The translations under genes were made by a program, and so were the position numbers. DNA of 64,000 bases, taken from an uncultured Bacteroidales bacterium. GTDB lineage: Bacteria; Bacteroidota; Bacteroidia; Bacteroidales; FEN-979. The stretch is from positions 784-64,783 of the forward strand of contig CAIQUS010000220.1 in the NCBI GenBank assembly GCA_903875045.1. Reading direction: 5' to 3'. Below are positions 16,299 to 25,879 of the stretch, one piece after another. Within the stretch, counting starts at the first letter, position 1, and each line of letters begins with the position of its first letter. The notes beneath the pieces are model-generated. The model was not told where the DNA came from, ran no database searches, and saw only the letters and a program-made list of their open reading frames with translations.

Positions 16299-17144
16299 AT
16301 GGGAAACCAGCTGAAAAAGTCAATCAAGAACAATAAGGTGATCCTTATTCCGACTGATTTCTCGGCAGTTGCCGAAAATGCCATTGTACACGGACTGGAA
16401 ATGGCGCAATCCCTGCAATACAAGGCTTGTTTACTGCATGTCTACCAAAATCAACCCGACACCATATATAATAAGGAGGATGATGCCTACCAACATGCAG
16501 TTCAGGAGTTGCTGAAATGTAAAAGCAGGTATGAACAAAATTATCCGGTTAAAATTGAAACTTTGATCAGGGAAGGCAACCTGTTTAAGGTTTTCAATAT
16601 GACTGCCGCTGAGATCAAACCCGGTTTAATGATCATGGGAACCCACGGGAAACAAGGTTTGCAGCACCTTTTTGGCAGTTATGCCCTCAGGGTGGTACTC
16701 GACTCCCCCTGTTCAGTAATGGTCGTACGGGACCGGCCTGTTAACAAATACTACCGGCGTATTGTACTTCCTGTAAACTGTGAAGTTGACCCCTGCCAGA
16801 TGACAGAATGGGTATTGCGGATAAATAAAATTCACGGCCCTGAGATATTTCTTATGGAGGCGATTGAAAGTCATTCCGACAGGAGTAGCATCACAAAGGG
16901 CATTGCCATGCAAATCATCAGTTCCTTAAAAGAAGAGAAGATTGCCTGCAGATTAACCAGGGCGGAGTCATCCGACAATTTTTTCAACCAGTTTATGGCT
17001 TTTTCCAATGCAAACCACGCTGATTTGATCATAACCATGATCCGTCCGGCTGATGATTCGCCGGGTTACAATTTTTCAGACTGGAATGAGCGCCTGATGT
17101 TCAATCCGGATGGGATCCCGGTACTGTTCATTGACAGGGGATGA
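16299..17144 (+). CDS. Universal stress protein family protein (tandem Usp domains)
   Basis: VILIPTDFSAVAENAIVHGLEMA and GTHGKQGLQHLFGSYALRVVLDSPCSVMVV are Usp motifs. The length of 281 aa fits two domains. Confidence 0.75.
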   Translation: MGNQLKKSIKNNKVILIPTDFSAVAENAIVHGLEMAQSLQYKACLLHVYQNQPDTIYNKEDDAYQHAVQELLKCKSRYEQNYPVKIETLIREGNLFKVFNMTAAEIKPGLMIMGTHGKQGLQHLFGSYALRVVLDSPCSVMVVRDRPVNKYYRRIVLPVNCEVDPCQMTEWVLRINKIHGPEIFLMEAIESHSDRSSITKGIAMQIISSLKEEKIACRLTRAESSDNFFNQFMAFSNANHADLIITMIRPADDSPGYNFSDWNERLMFNPDGIPVLFIDRG

Positions 17145-17185
17145 TACCTCTGATTGAAGAAAATGATCAAAATGCAGGCTTACCG

Positions 17186-17662
17186 TTATCTGGTCAGGAT
17201 ATCATTCTCATCATCACAAACTTCGGGGCACGGACCCGATTTTTCATCGGTGGTAACAAAGATATTATCAACTTTGTCAGGGCTTCCGGTGCCAACTACC
17301 ACCCGCACCTGGCTCTTTCCATTCTGGCCCATATAGATTCTGAACCCGTGAACAGATGTATCCCTGGCTGCAATAATTTTCATGGCATTGAATTGTGGAT
17401 AGCTAATAGTAAATCCCTTAAAACCTGTTACTGTGATTGGGTTTTGACGATATGACAGTAAATAGGTTTTGGCATCGTTTGGTTTTATCCGTGTAAGACC
17501 GGTTGAATCGGTTTTTACTTCGCATGATGGCGGCTTACAGCAACTTGAGGTGCTGCAAACATTTGTTTTACAACAGCAATTACAAATCATCCAAAAAATT
17601 GCGGCACCGATAATTGCACCACCAACAAATGTTGATACTAAAATGGTAATTTTGTTTTTCAT
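17186..17662 (-). CDS. Hypothetical membrane-anchored protein with a cysteine-rich juxtamembrane segment
   Basis: One N-terminal TM helix is followed by CNCCCKTNVCSTSSCCKPPSC. The C-terminal domain of about 100 aa ends GPCPEVCDD. I recognise no family. Confidence 0.5.
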   Translation of the reverse strand: MKNKITILVSTFVGGAIIGAAIFWMICNCCCKTNVCSTSSCCKPPSCEVKTDSTGLTRIKPNDAKTYLLSYRQNPITVTGFKGFTISYPQFNAMKIIAARDTSVHGFRIYMGQNGKSQVRVVVGTGSPDKVDNIFVTTDEKSGPCPEVCDDENDILTR

Positions 17663-17784
17663 GGTTATTGAATTACAAGGTTAAACAAAGATGACTTATT
17701 TTCGTGTAAAGATATGTAAAGATAATTATATTTTTGTTTATTTGTATTGCATGAAAAATGTTATCAATCCTTAATTTCCGGTAA

Positions 17785-20055
17785 ATGCAGCAAGGTGGGA
17801 TAAGATTCAGGAAAAAAATATTATTTCCCTGCCTGGCCATGATGCTGTTATTGCAGGTTACCAGCCTGTTTTTTCCTGGAAAATTATTGGCACAGTATCA
17901 ACTTCCTGATTCGATCAAGGCTGAATGGAACCGGTATAAAAATACCAGGGATGATAGTTTAAGGGTTGTGTCCCTTTCGAAACTGGCCTGGTTGTACCGT
18001 TATTATCTCGATGATGATGAGCGGGTTGACAGCCTGTCTGAAGCCTCCATCCGGATTGCCGAAATGAGTTTTCGCCCGGGATTGCTCATGCTTGCTTACA
18101 ATAATTATCTCGAATCCACCGACCCGGTCAATGAGGGCTATTATAAAAAGGCTGTCGGCTATGCCAATAAAGCGCTGCAAAATTCGAGGATTTCAGGGAA
18201 CCTGCGGATGAGATGGCATACTTTTATCAATCTGGCCCGAATCTATTTGTCATGGGGCAGTTATGAAAACGCCTTATTATGCAGCAACGATGCACTTGCC
18301 ATTGCCCATACCCTGAAGAATGACACCATGATGGCCGAAAGTTATCTGTTCATTGCCAAAAGTAACGGGTATAAAAACCTGAAAATGGAGGCGTTTCAGA
18401 ATTTTTGTGTGATGAAGGATCTGGCAGAAAAAACCGGAGATCCGCATTTGCTTATAAAATGCTATAACGAGTTGTCGAAATTTTACCACGATAATAACTT
18501 ATTTGAGTATGCGATTGACTATAAAATGAAAGAGGGGGCCATCATCCAGGGTCTTAAACCAGTTGATTCTACCGCACTTGTCTGGATCAAGTACGGGTTG
18601 CAGCTGATTGATGTTCGTCAGAAAAAAGTCAGTCTGAATGAGCAGGGTGTAAAGAATATCCTCGATTTTGCGATCCGTACAGGGAACAACCGGTTGAAAG
18701 CCTGGGAGTTTGCCCTTTATCGGAAACATCTTCTTGAATCAGATGAACGGGTGTTACTTTACAACTTTTATCAAAAAGCCTATCCCGGGGAATTTAAAAA
18801 ATTGTATTCCGATGATCCTGAGATGTTTTACCGGCTAACGGCACTTTTTATGGAGTTTGAAAATAAAACCGACTCAGCCGGCTTTTATTTTAAAAAAGCA
18901 GAGCAGATTTTAACCAGCTCTCCGAAGAACAGCATCTATCTGACAAACTTTTATAATCGTTACGGACAGTTTCTCATACGGCAGGGCCATAAACGTGAAG
19001 CGATCGAAAAATTTACCCTTTCATATAACATTTGTGTAAAAGATGCCTATTACAGAAAATTTGAATACATGCTCATGGCATCAAAACATCTTGAAAAACT
19101 CTACCTGGAGATCGGTGACTATAAAAATGCCTGGCGATTTGCGGCTGTGAACCTGGTGATCAGCGACAGCATCAACAATATTTTGAAAAAGGACCAGGTG
19201 ATGGATGAGGAGGTTAAACTGGAACGGGCACAAAAAGAGATGGCCGCTGAGAAAGACCGCCAGAAAATACGTCAGGGAAAGAATGAAACCAAAATGATGG
19301 CAGGGGCGGCGGTCTTTTTCATCATTGTTTCATTGCTGATTTACCGGAACTTCAGAAACCAGAAGCGGCTCAACAGGTTACTCGATGAAGCGAAGAAACA
19401 ATCAGACCATCTTTTGTTAAACATCCTGCCGCAGGAAACGGCGGAAGAACTTAAATTGACAGGTAAGGCTAAAGCGAAGCGATTTGATGAAGTCACGGTC
19501 ATGTTTACCGACTTTCAAAATTTCACCCAGGCCAGTGAAAGGATGAGTGCGGAAAAACTTGTCGATGAGATCAATTTTTACTACAGCGAATTCGACAACA
19601 TCATTTCAAGGCATAATATTGAGAAAATCAAGATCATCGGCGACAGCTACATGTGTGTGGGAGGATTGCCGGTTACCAATCAAACCCATGCCTGCGATGT
19701 GGTTGCCGCTGCCGTAGAATTCCAGAGATTTATGCTGGCCCAGAAAATTGAAAGAAGTGGCCGCGGGGAGTCATTTTTCGAACTCCGTATCGGGATTCAT
19801 ACCGGGCCCGTCGTGGCCGGGATCGTTGGTCATAAAAAATTCGCCTACGACATCTGGGGCGATACGGTTAACACAGCCTCACGGATGGAAAGCACCGGTG
19901 AAATACAAAAAGTAAATATCAGCGGCGAAACTTACGAAAAGGTAAAAACCCGGTTTCAATGCACCTACAGGGGAAAGGTAACGGCAAAAAACAAGGGGGA
20001 GATCGATATGTATTTTGTTGATTTTGTCATTTCTCCGAGCGGGTCAACCCTTTGA
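17785..20055 (+). CDS. Class III adenylate/guanylate cyclase with an N-terminal TPR-like sensor region and one TM helix
   Basis: The C-terminal CYCc domain has VTVMFTDFQNFT, KIKIIGDSYMCVGGLP, RIGIHTGPVVAGIVG and YDIWGDTVNTASRMES. The TM segment is AGAAVFFIIVSLLIY. Confidence 0.85.
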   Translation: MQQGGIRFRKKILFPCLAMMLLLQVTSLFFPGKLLAQYQLPDSIKAEWNRYKNTRDDSLRVVSLSKLAWLYRYYLDDDERVDSLSEASIRIAEMSFRPGLLMLAYNNYLESTDPVNEGYYKKAVGYANKALQNSRISGNLRMRWHTFINLARIYLSWGSYENALLCSNDALAIAHTLKNDTMMAESYLFIAKSNGYKNLKMEAFQNFCVMKDLAEKTGDPHLLIKCYNELSKFYHDNNLFEYAIDYKMKEGAIIQGLKPVDSTALVWIKYGLQLIDVRQKKVSLNEQGVKNILDFAIRTGNNRLKAWEFALYRKHLLESDERVLLYNFYQKAYPGEFKKLYSDDPEMFYRLTALFMEFENKTDSAGFYFKKAEQILTSSPKNSIYLTNFYNRYGQFLIRQGHKREAIEKFTLSYNICVKDAYYRKFEYMLMASKHLEKLYLEIGDYKNAWRFAAVNLVISDSINNILKKDQVMDEEVKLERAQKEMAAEKDRQKIRQGKNETKMMAGAAVFFIIVSLLIYRNFRNQKRLNRLLDEAKKQSDHLLLNILPQETAEELKLTGKAKAKRFDEVTVMFTDFQNFTQASERMSAEKLVDEINFYYSEFDNIISRHNIEKIKIIGDSYMCVGGLPVTNQTHACDVVAAAVEFQRFMLAQKIERSGRGESFFELRIGIHTGPVVAGIVGHKKFAYDIWGDTVNTASRMESTGEIQKVNISGETYEKVKTRFQCTYRGKVTAKNKGEIDMYFVDFVISPSGSTL

Positions 20056-21322
20056 TAATAAGCTTATCAATGCGGTTTCCGTCAAGATCCACAATTTCAA
20101 ATTCAAAGTCCTTCCAGGTAAACTTCTCGCCCGGCTTTGGAATATGCTTCAGAATACTCATGGCCAACCCGGCCAGGGTGTCAAATTTGATCTTGTTTTT
20201 ATCAAATCCCTGGATGTTGAATTCGTATGCAAACTCGTAAAACGACATCTGCCCGTCGGCAAGCCAGGTTCCGTCATCGCGCTGGTTGATCTGTGGTTCA
20301 TCGGGATTGGGTTCATTGAAATCGCCTACCAGTGCCTCCAGGATGTCGTTCAGGGTAACCATCCCAACGGTCGACCCGTATTCATCCACGACAAGTCCGT
20401 AATGGATTTTATTTTGCTTGAAAATTTCAAGGGTTTCATAGGCTGTGAGTGTTTCATGGACAAACTGAGCCGGCTTGATCTGCCTTTTGATGTCGAAATC
20501 AGCATCACAAATGTTTTCAAGAAAAAGGTCTTTGATAAAGATTACGCCCACCACATTATCCAAATCGTCTTCACAAATTGGATAAACCGAATGCAACTCC
20601 GTGCGGATTTTATTCCTGATAACCTCAGATGTGTCCTGAATATCAATCCATTCAAGATCTGAGTGATGTGTCATCAGGGAGGAGACTTTCCTGTCGCCCA
20701 GGTGAAAAACACGTTCAACAATATCCTGTTCAATCTCCTGAACTTCCCCGTCTTCGGTTCCTTCCTGAACCATGGCCTTGATCTCCTCTTCGGTCACTTT
20801 TGAATCAGCAGAGGGTTTAATGCGCATTAACCAGAGAATCCCATCTCCGGCTTTTGAAAGGAAAAAGGTGAATGGGTAAACCACCGCAGTAATAAAGAGG
20901 AGCGGCCTGACTGTAGCTTTTGCAATCCCTTCTGCGTTGATCAGCCCGATCCGCTTCGGGACCAGTTCGCCAACCAGCATGGATACAAAAGTTACTATGA
21001 TGACAACCAAGATTAATGCCAGCGAATGGCTTAAACCCGGATTTAACCCTAAATTCAACAGCAGGGAAGTCATGCCATGGGCGATTTCATCGCTTGAATA
21101 AACCCCGGTAAGGATCCCGATCAGGGTGATACCGATCTGCATGGTGGATAAAATCCGGGAGGGGGCGTTGGCATTGTCAAGCGCCAGCTGAGCCAGTTTG
21201 TCGCCACGGCGGGCATCGAGTTCGAGCTTTGATTTGCGTGCCGATACAAGTGCAATCTCTGCCATGACGAAGGCACCGTTGATAAGGAAAAGTATAAAAA
21301 GGATAATTATTGCCGCCAACAT
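20027..21322 (-). CDS. CNNM/CorC/TlyC-family protein (DUF21, CBS pair, CorC_HlyC domains)
   Basis: The start was chosen at MLAAIIILFILFLINGAFVMAEIALVS. PKRIG, a CBS region and a C-terminal transporter-associated domain are present. The 3' end overlaps the cyclase gene by 29 nt (convergent). Confidence 0.8.
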   Translation of the reverse strand: MLAAIIILFILFLINGAFVMAEIALVSARKSKLELDARRGDKLAQLALDNANAPSRILSTMQIGITLIGILTGVYSSDEIAHGMTSLLLNLGLNPGLSHSLALILVVIIVTFVSMLVGELVPKRIGLINAEGIAKATVRPLLFITAVVYPFTFFLSKAGDGILWLMRIKPSADSKVTEEEIKAMVQEGTEDGEVQEIEQDIVERVFHLGDRKVSSLMTHHSDLEWIDIQDTSEVIRNKIRTELHSVYPICEDDLDNVVGVIFIKDLFLENICDADFDIKRQIKPAQFVHETLTAYETLEIFKQNKIHYGLVVDEYGSTVGMVTLNDILEALVGDFNEPNPDEPQINQRDDGTWLADGQMSFYEFAYEFNIQGFDKNKIKFDTLAGLAMSILKHIPKPGEKFTWKDFEFEIVDLDGNRIDKLIIKGLTRSEK

Positions 21323-21451
21323 TGTAAGAAAATTTGAAACAAAGATACAATGAAAAAATGTCCGACCGGTTTTTAGACCGAATGCATAAAACATCGTATC
21401 TTTATGCACGTTGTTTCAAACAATTATCAAGACGTTAATTTATGGTGTATC

Positions 21452-21718
21452 ATGTACATTGAAAATACGATCATTGCCGAGCCGGTTGCCATAAAAGCGT
21501 ATGCAGTTAAAAGAGCAATCTATATCGAACTTATCGATGGAAGAGTGATTAGTTTTCCGGCAGATAGATTTAAAATCCTGAACCAGGCAACCAACGAACA
21601 ACTTAAAAAAGTTGCTTTACGTTTAAATGGCTATGCTCTGCGTTGGGAAGATTTGGATGAAGATATCACCGTTAAAGGAATCATTGCCGGTAATTTCCAA
21701 CTTCCATTAAAAGATTGA
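21452..21718 (+). CDS. DUF2442 domain protein
   Basis: RAIYIELIDGRVISFPADRFKILNQATNEQLKKVALRLNGYALRWEDLDEDITVKGI is the typical DUF2442 pattern. Confidence 0.6.
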   Translation: MYIENTIIAEPVAIKAYAVKRAIYIELIDGRVISFPADRFKILNQATNEQLKKVALRLNGYALRWEDLDEDITVKGIIAGNFQLPLKD

Positions 21719-21742
21719 AAAACTTTAATTTTTTTCACTGTA

Positions 21743-24700
21743 ATGCAAGCAAATTTGACAACACGAATTTTCTTTATCTGTCTTTTCTTTCTTGGTTATT
21801 CTCTATGCCTGTTTTCCCAAACAGCCAGAATGTTGCCTGAAGTGACCCCTGCGGGAAAGGGAAATGTGAACACCATGGTCGATAACATTGGTTACTGGTC
21901 GCGCATGGTTCAGCTGGGATATGTCAAACCAAATCCAAAAACAGTCGTCCCCCCTGCTCGCTTTACCGGAACCACCATCCGGGAGTATCACCCGTCACCC
22001 GTCACCCGTTACGCGTCACCGGCTTTAAACTCCCCCGACGTACCCGTTACCACCGAAACCAACGTTACCCAAAGTGAAAACTCGGTCTTTATTGATCCGT
22101 CCGATGAAAACGTTGTTTTGAACTCCAACAATTCGAGCAGCTGGATATCAGGCTATGCTGAAACACCATTTGGTGCAGATGCGCTGTATTCCTTTGATAA
22201 CGGCCAGGATTGGGCAGGATCAACCCAGGGTGTGAATGGCATCAATGCCGGCGACCCGGCCACTGCCATCGGATTGAACGGCTGGTGGTATGTCGGCAGA
22301 ATCACGGGCGATTACGGCCAGGCTGTTTCCTACAGCAAGGACAAGGGAAAGACCTGGAAAAGGGTAAAAGTCGGACAGGGTCCTGTGATGGGAATCGGGT
22401 TACTTGATAAAAATCACCTTTGCATCGACAATTCACCATCCAGTCCTTTCAAGGGATACCTCTACGATGCGTGGACTAACTTTATTCCGGGGAATATTGA
22501 TACCAACCAGGTGGAAATTGTGCGTTCGGCCGATCAGGGACTGACCTGGACCTCACCGCATTGCATCAGCCGTTCAGCTTCGGCGCTCAAACTGAACCAC
22601 GGGGTAAACCTCCAGACAGGCCCGAATGGCGAAGTATATGCAGCATGGAGCATTTACGACTCCTGGCCTTCCGATGAAACAGCCATTGGCTTTACCAAAT
22701 CCATCGACGGAGGAGGCATTTTCATGCCGGCAACCAGGATTATCAGCAACCTCAAGGGGATCAGGGCAACCATGACCGGGAAAAACATGCGGGTGAGTTC
22801 CTTTCCCTGCATGGCGGTTGATAACAGCACCGGACCTAACCGCGGAACGATTTACATTGTATGGTCAAACGTGGGTATTCCGGGTGTCAATACTGGTTCC
22901 GACATCGACCTGTACCTCATCAAGTCGGCGGATGGCGGGTCAAACTGGTCGGCCCCCATCCGTGTAAACCAGGATCCCGGAGGCCTTGGAAAACAGCACT
23001 TCCTTCCATGGATTACGGTTGATGCAGTGACCGGAGGTGTTTGTGTGGTATATTATGACGACCGGAATGCGGATTCAACTCAGGCTGCCGTTTTTGTTTC
23101 TTCTTCCTGGGATGGGGGAAACAGCTGGACAGACATGCAGGTGAGCGATAATATTTTTACACCGGAACCCATTCCGGGATTGGCCTTCAGCTATTTCGGA
23201 GATTACATTGGCATTCAGTCCAACAACATGAAAGTGTATCCGGTGTGGACCGACAACCACGATGGAGGCCGCGCCATGACCTACGTTTCACCCTTCGACC
23301 TGGGACCAAACCCCAACCAGCCCTGGGTTAGCTATTATGGTGATTCCCTTGCAACTGTATCGGGAACGGGCCCTGTGACGATGAACAACGGTGATTCCCT
23401 TTATCTGTCGGTGAAATTGAAGAATATCGGCGATCAGCAGGCTTCCGGTGTAAATGCAATCGTTTCAACAACCTCACCCTACATCCTGATGACAGATAGT
23501 ACGGCGAACTACAACACCATCGGGCCCGGCGTGGTTAGTATGGTGCCGAATGGTTATACCTTCAAAGTGTCCGACACAATTCCTGATAACCTGATGATTC
23601 GGTTCAATGTGAGGGTTACCGATACTGACTCTGCATGGTACAGCCATTTTGCCATTGAATCACATGCCCCGGCACTGAAAATAAATGGAGTCACCATTGT
23701 AGATACCCTGGGCGGAAATCGCAACGGACGAATGGACCCTGGTGAAACGGTTAAACTAATGATCCCAACATCCAACACCGGCGATTTTGCCTGTCAAGCT
23801 GTCTATGGACTGCTTACCACCACTTCGCCATACCTGACTTTGGTACAGGACAGCGTTTTTCTGAACACGATACAACCGACACAAGTAAAAAATGCAGTGT
23901 TCACGGTCGTTGTCAGCGCTGATGCACCTATTGGCAGTGGAGCCGATCTGAATTATACCGCTCATTCAGGGCTTTATGCAGTTAAACGGACCTTCCGCGA
24001 AATGATCGGCCAGGTTGTTGAAGACTGGGAAACAAATACGTTTACCAAATTTCCATGGCAACAAAGCGGTGCAAAGCCGTGGGCGCTTACCAGTCTCCGT
24101 CGGTGGGAAGGTTTGTATTCCTCAGCTTCGGGTCTCATCAGCGATTATCAGAATTCACAAATGTTTCTGTCATACGCTTCTGCAACCGATGATAGTATCT
24201 CCTTTTATATCAGCACTTCCAGTGAGCAGGACTATGATTTTCTGATGTTTTCCATCGATGGCGTATTGCAGGAACAATGGTCTGGCGAAACTCCATGGAC
24301 CCGTGCATCCTTTCCGGTTGCTGCCGGACAACATGTTTTCAAATGGATTTATCTGAAAGACCTTGCTTATGCCGGCGGACTTGATCGTGTTTGGGTTGAT
24401 TTTATTGCCTTACCTCCACCTGTTTTACCCGCCATTGATCCGGGACCTGATGATACCATCTGCGCCGGGTTGAATGTGATGCTTCTGGCAACCGCACAGC
24501 AATATGATTCAATTAAATGGACCTCCGGGGGTGATGGGATTTTCAGCAATGACACGAACCTGATCACCACTTACATCCCAGGGACGAATGATCTTATTTC
24601 CGGAAATGTATCCTTGCGGTTGACAGGTTATGGTACTTTTGGAAGTGCAGGCAAAGACAAACATGTCCGGATCAACCCTCGTCCGGTTGCAACGATATCA

Positions 24701-25201
24701 GTATGGCCGCGCGACACCGTTTGCGCCGGGCAAGCCATTCTTTTATCTTCGGATACTGCGGGAATTCAAATCTGGCATTGGACGCCGGGAAATTTCTCCG
24801 TACCGGAAGTAACCTACGACACTGCGAATGCCGGAGGAGCAGGCCTGCACCTGATCAGTCTCATCGTAACCAATAAATTTCACTGTCAGAACCGGGATTC
24901 CGTTTACCTGACATTTAAAAATTGTACGGGGATCATAGAAAACCCGGTAAACCCGATCAACATTTATCCTAATCCGAACAAAGGCATTATTTTTCTGGAT
25001 GTTGTAACCCGGGAGCCAGGTACCATGAAACTATCCATTACGAATGATATTAACATGGTGGTTTTCCGGGAGGAGGATTTATCGGTTAAGAGCCTGCGTA
25101 ATAAAACGATCGATTTGACTTTTCTCCCAAATGGGGTTTATTTGTTGACATTATCAACGTGTCAGGGAATTTCAACACATAAACTGATTATCGCGAAATA
25201 G
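21743..25201 (+). CDS. Large T9SS-secreted protein with an N-terminal BNR/sialidase-like beta-propeller
   Basis: Signal peptide. BNR-type motifs: DNGQDW, SKDKGKTW, SADQGLTW, SADGGSNW, SWDGGNSW. The C-terminus, INIYPNPNKGIIFLDV...GVYLLTLS, is a T9SS CTD. Confidence 0.75.
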   Translation: MQANLTTRIFFICLFFLGYSLCLFSQTARMLPEVTPAGKGNVNTMVDNIGYWSRMVQLGYVKPNPKTVVPPARFTGTTIREYHPSPVTRYASPALNSPDVPVTTETNVTQSENSVFIDPSDENVVLNSNNSSSWISGYAETPFGADALYSFDNGQDWAGSTQGVNGINAGDPATAIGLNGWWYVGRITGDYGQAVSYSKDKGKTWKRVKVGQGPVMGIGLLDKNHLCIDNSPSSPFKGYLYDAWTNFIPGNIDTNQVEIVRSADQGLTWTSPHCISRSASALKLNHGVNLQTGPNGEVYAAWSIYDSWPSDETAIGFTKSIDGGGIFMPATRIISNLKGIRATMTGKNMRVSSFPCMAVDNSTGPNRGTIYIVWSNVGIPGVNTGSDIDLYLIKSADGGSNWSAPIRVNQDPGGLGKQHFLPWITVDAVTGGVCVVYYDDRNADSTQAAVFVSSSWDGGNSWTDMQVSDNIFTPEPIPGLAFSYFGDYIGIQSNNMKVYPVWTDNHDGGRAMTYVSPFDLGPNPNQPWVSYYGDSLATVSGTGPVTMNNGDSLYLSVKLKNIGDQQASGVNAIVSTTSPYILMTDSTANYNTIGPGVVSMVPNGYTFKVSDTIPDNLMIRFNVRVTDTDSAWYSHFAIESHAPALKINGVTIVDTLGGNRNGRMDPGETVKLMIPTSNTGDFACQAVYGLLTTTSPYLTLVQDSVFLNTIQPTQVKNAVFTVVVSADAPIGSGADLNYTAHSGLYAVKRTFREMIGQVVEDWETNTFTKFPWQQSGAKPWALTSLRRWEGLYSSASGLISDYQNSQMFLSYASATDDSISFYISTSSEQDYDFLMFSIDGVLQEQWSGETPWTRASFPVAAGQHVFKWIYLKDLAYAGGLDRVWVDFIALPPPVLPAIDPGPDDTICAGLNVMLLATAQQYDSIKWTSGGDGIFSNDTNLITTYIPGTNDLISGNVSLRLTGYGTFGSAGKDKHVRINPRPVATISVWPRDTVCAGQAILLSSDTAGIQIWHWTPGNFSVPEVTYDTANAGGAGLHLISLIVTNKFHCQNRDSVYLTFKNCTGIIENPVNPINIYPNPNKGIIFLDVVTREPGTMKLSITNDINMVVFREEDLSVKSLRNKTIDLTFLPNGVYLLTLSTCQGISTHKLIIAK
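21986..22020. repeat. CGTCACC-type heptanucleotide repeat inside the CDS (3 perfect and 2 degenerate units)
   Basis: Units are tatcacc cgtcacc cgtcacc cgttacg cgtcacc. It is translated as YHPSPVTRYASP. Confidence 0.8.
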
Positions 25202-25202
25202 G

Positions 25203-25736
25203 TTATTTTACACCAGGTCCGTCTTCAAACCGGGCTTTTGCCTTATAGATGAAGAGTGCCCTGAGTTTATCCCAAAAATCGCCCCCCAGCACAAAAAGAC
25301 TGGCAAGGAACATCACATCGGACACGATGATGATGAAGTACCTTGCGTGCAGGGAGATATGGAAAAGGTGGGGCATAAATGAGATCATATAGTTGGGAAG
25401 GAAAGGTAGGATGAACAGAACCAGCCCGATGTTGTAACGCAATGGTGTAATCTGGTGAGGCTTGGCAACCTTGTGATAGAAGTAATGCATCTGGTAATTG
25501 ATCCATGCGTAGGATGACTTTCCGAGGATGGCAATGCTACCGATTTTCATCAGCGGTGCACTGATCCAGAAAATACCTAAAACAAAGCCCCGCCAGAAAG
25601 ATTCGTCAATAAATTCCCGAAGCACCAACCCTGTGGGAAGCATGAAAAAGGAGGCGACAAATATACTCAGCCCCACATAAAAACGAAAACCCGGGTTTTC
25701 AGGGGCCTTCATTTCAGTTGGACGGTGGATGAACAT
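25203..25736 (-). CDS. Hypothetical integral membrane protein
   Basis: Several hydrophobic segments. The start is uncertain: MFIH at 25736 or MKAP at 25712. The upstream part of the tracked ORF is a translated repeat. Confidence 0.5.
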   Translation of the reverse strand: MFIHRPTEMKAPENPGFRFYVGLSIFVASFFMLPTGLVLREFIDESFWRGFVLGIFWISAPLMKIGSIAILGKSSYAWINYQMHYFYHKVAKPHQITPLRYNIGLVLFILPFLPNYMISFMPHLFHISLHARYFIIIVSDVMFLASLFVLGGDFWDKLRALFIYKAKARFEDGPGVK

Positions 25737-25772
25737 ACAGGGTTTTTTTTGATGGATAAAGGTAGTAATAAG

Positions 25773-25878
25773 CGTGACGCGTGATGAAAAACGTGATGCG
25801 TGACGAAAACCGTGACACGTGACGAAAACCGTGACACGTGACGCGTCACCTGTCACGCGTCACCCGTCACCCGTCACC
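25773..25878. repeat. Composite palindromic GTGAC/GTCAC array
   Basis: Three about-19-nt units (CGTGAYGAAAAMCGTGAYR) are followed by the palindrome GTGACGCGTCAC, then cgtcacc tgtcacg cgtcacc cgtcacc cgtcacc (25844-25878). It ends 1 nt before the stop of the transporter gene. Confidence 0.8.
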
Positions 25879-25879
25879 T

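Noticed and set aside
20015-20662. 215-aa plus-strand ORF
   Set aside because: It lies entirely antisense to the well-supported CNNM/CorC gene, so it is a shadow ORF. The same reasoning applies to 51537-52397, 36051-36647, 36821-37345, 62625-63155, 12999-13508, 30348-30938, 2685-3182 and the other antisense ORFs in the track.
21404-21718. DUF2442 as half of a DUF4160/DUF2442 toxin-antitoxin-like pair
   Set aside because: No DUF4160-like ORF is present on either side. The gene appears to be solitary.
25737-25856. The N-terminal 40 residues of tracked ORF 25203-25856, and ORF 25819-26004
   Set aside because: They are translations of the GTGAC/GTCAC repeat array (VTRDASRVT..., SPVTRHPSPVT), not genuine coding sequence.
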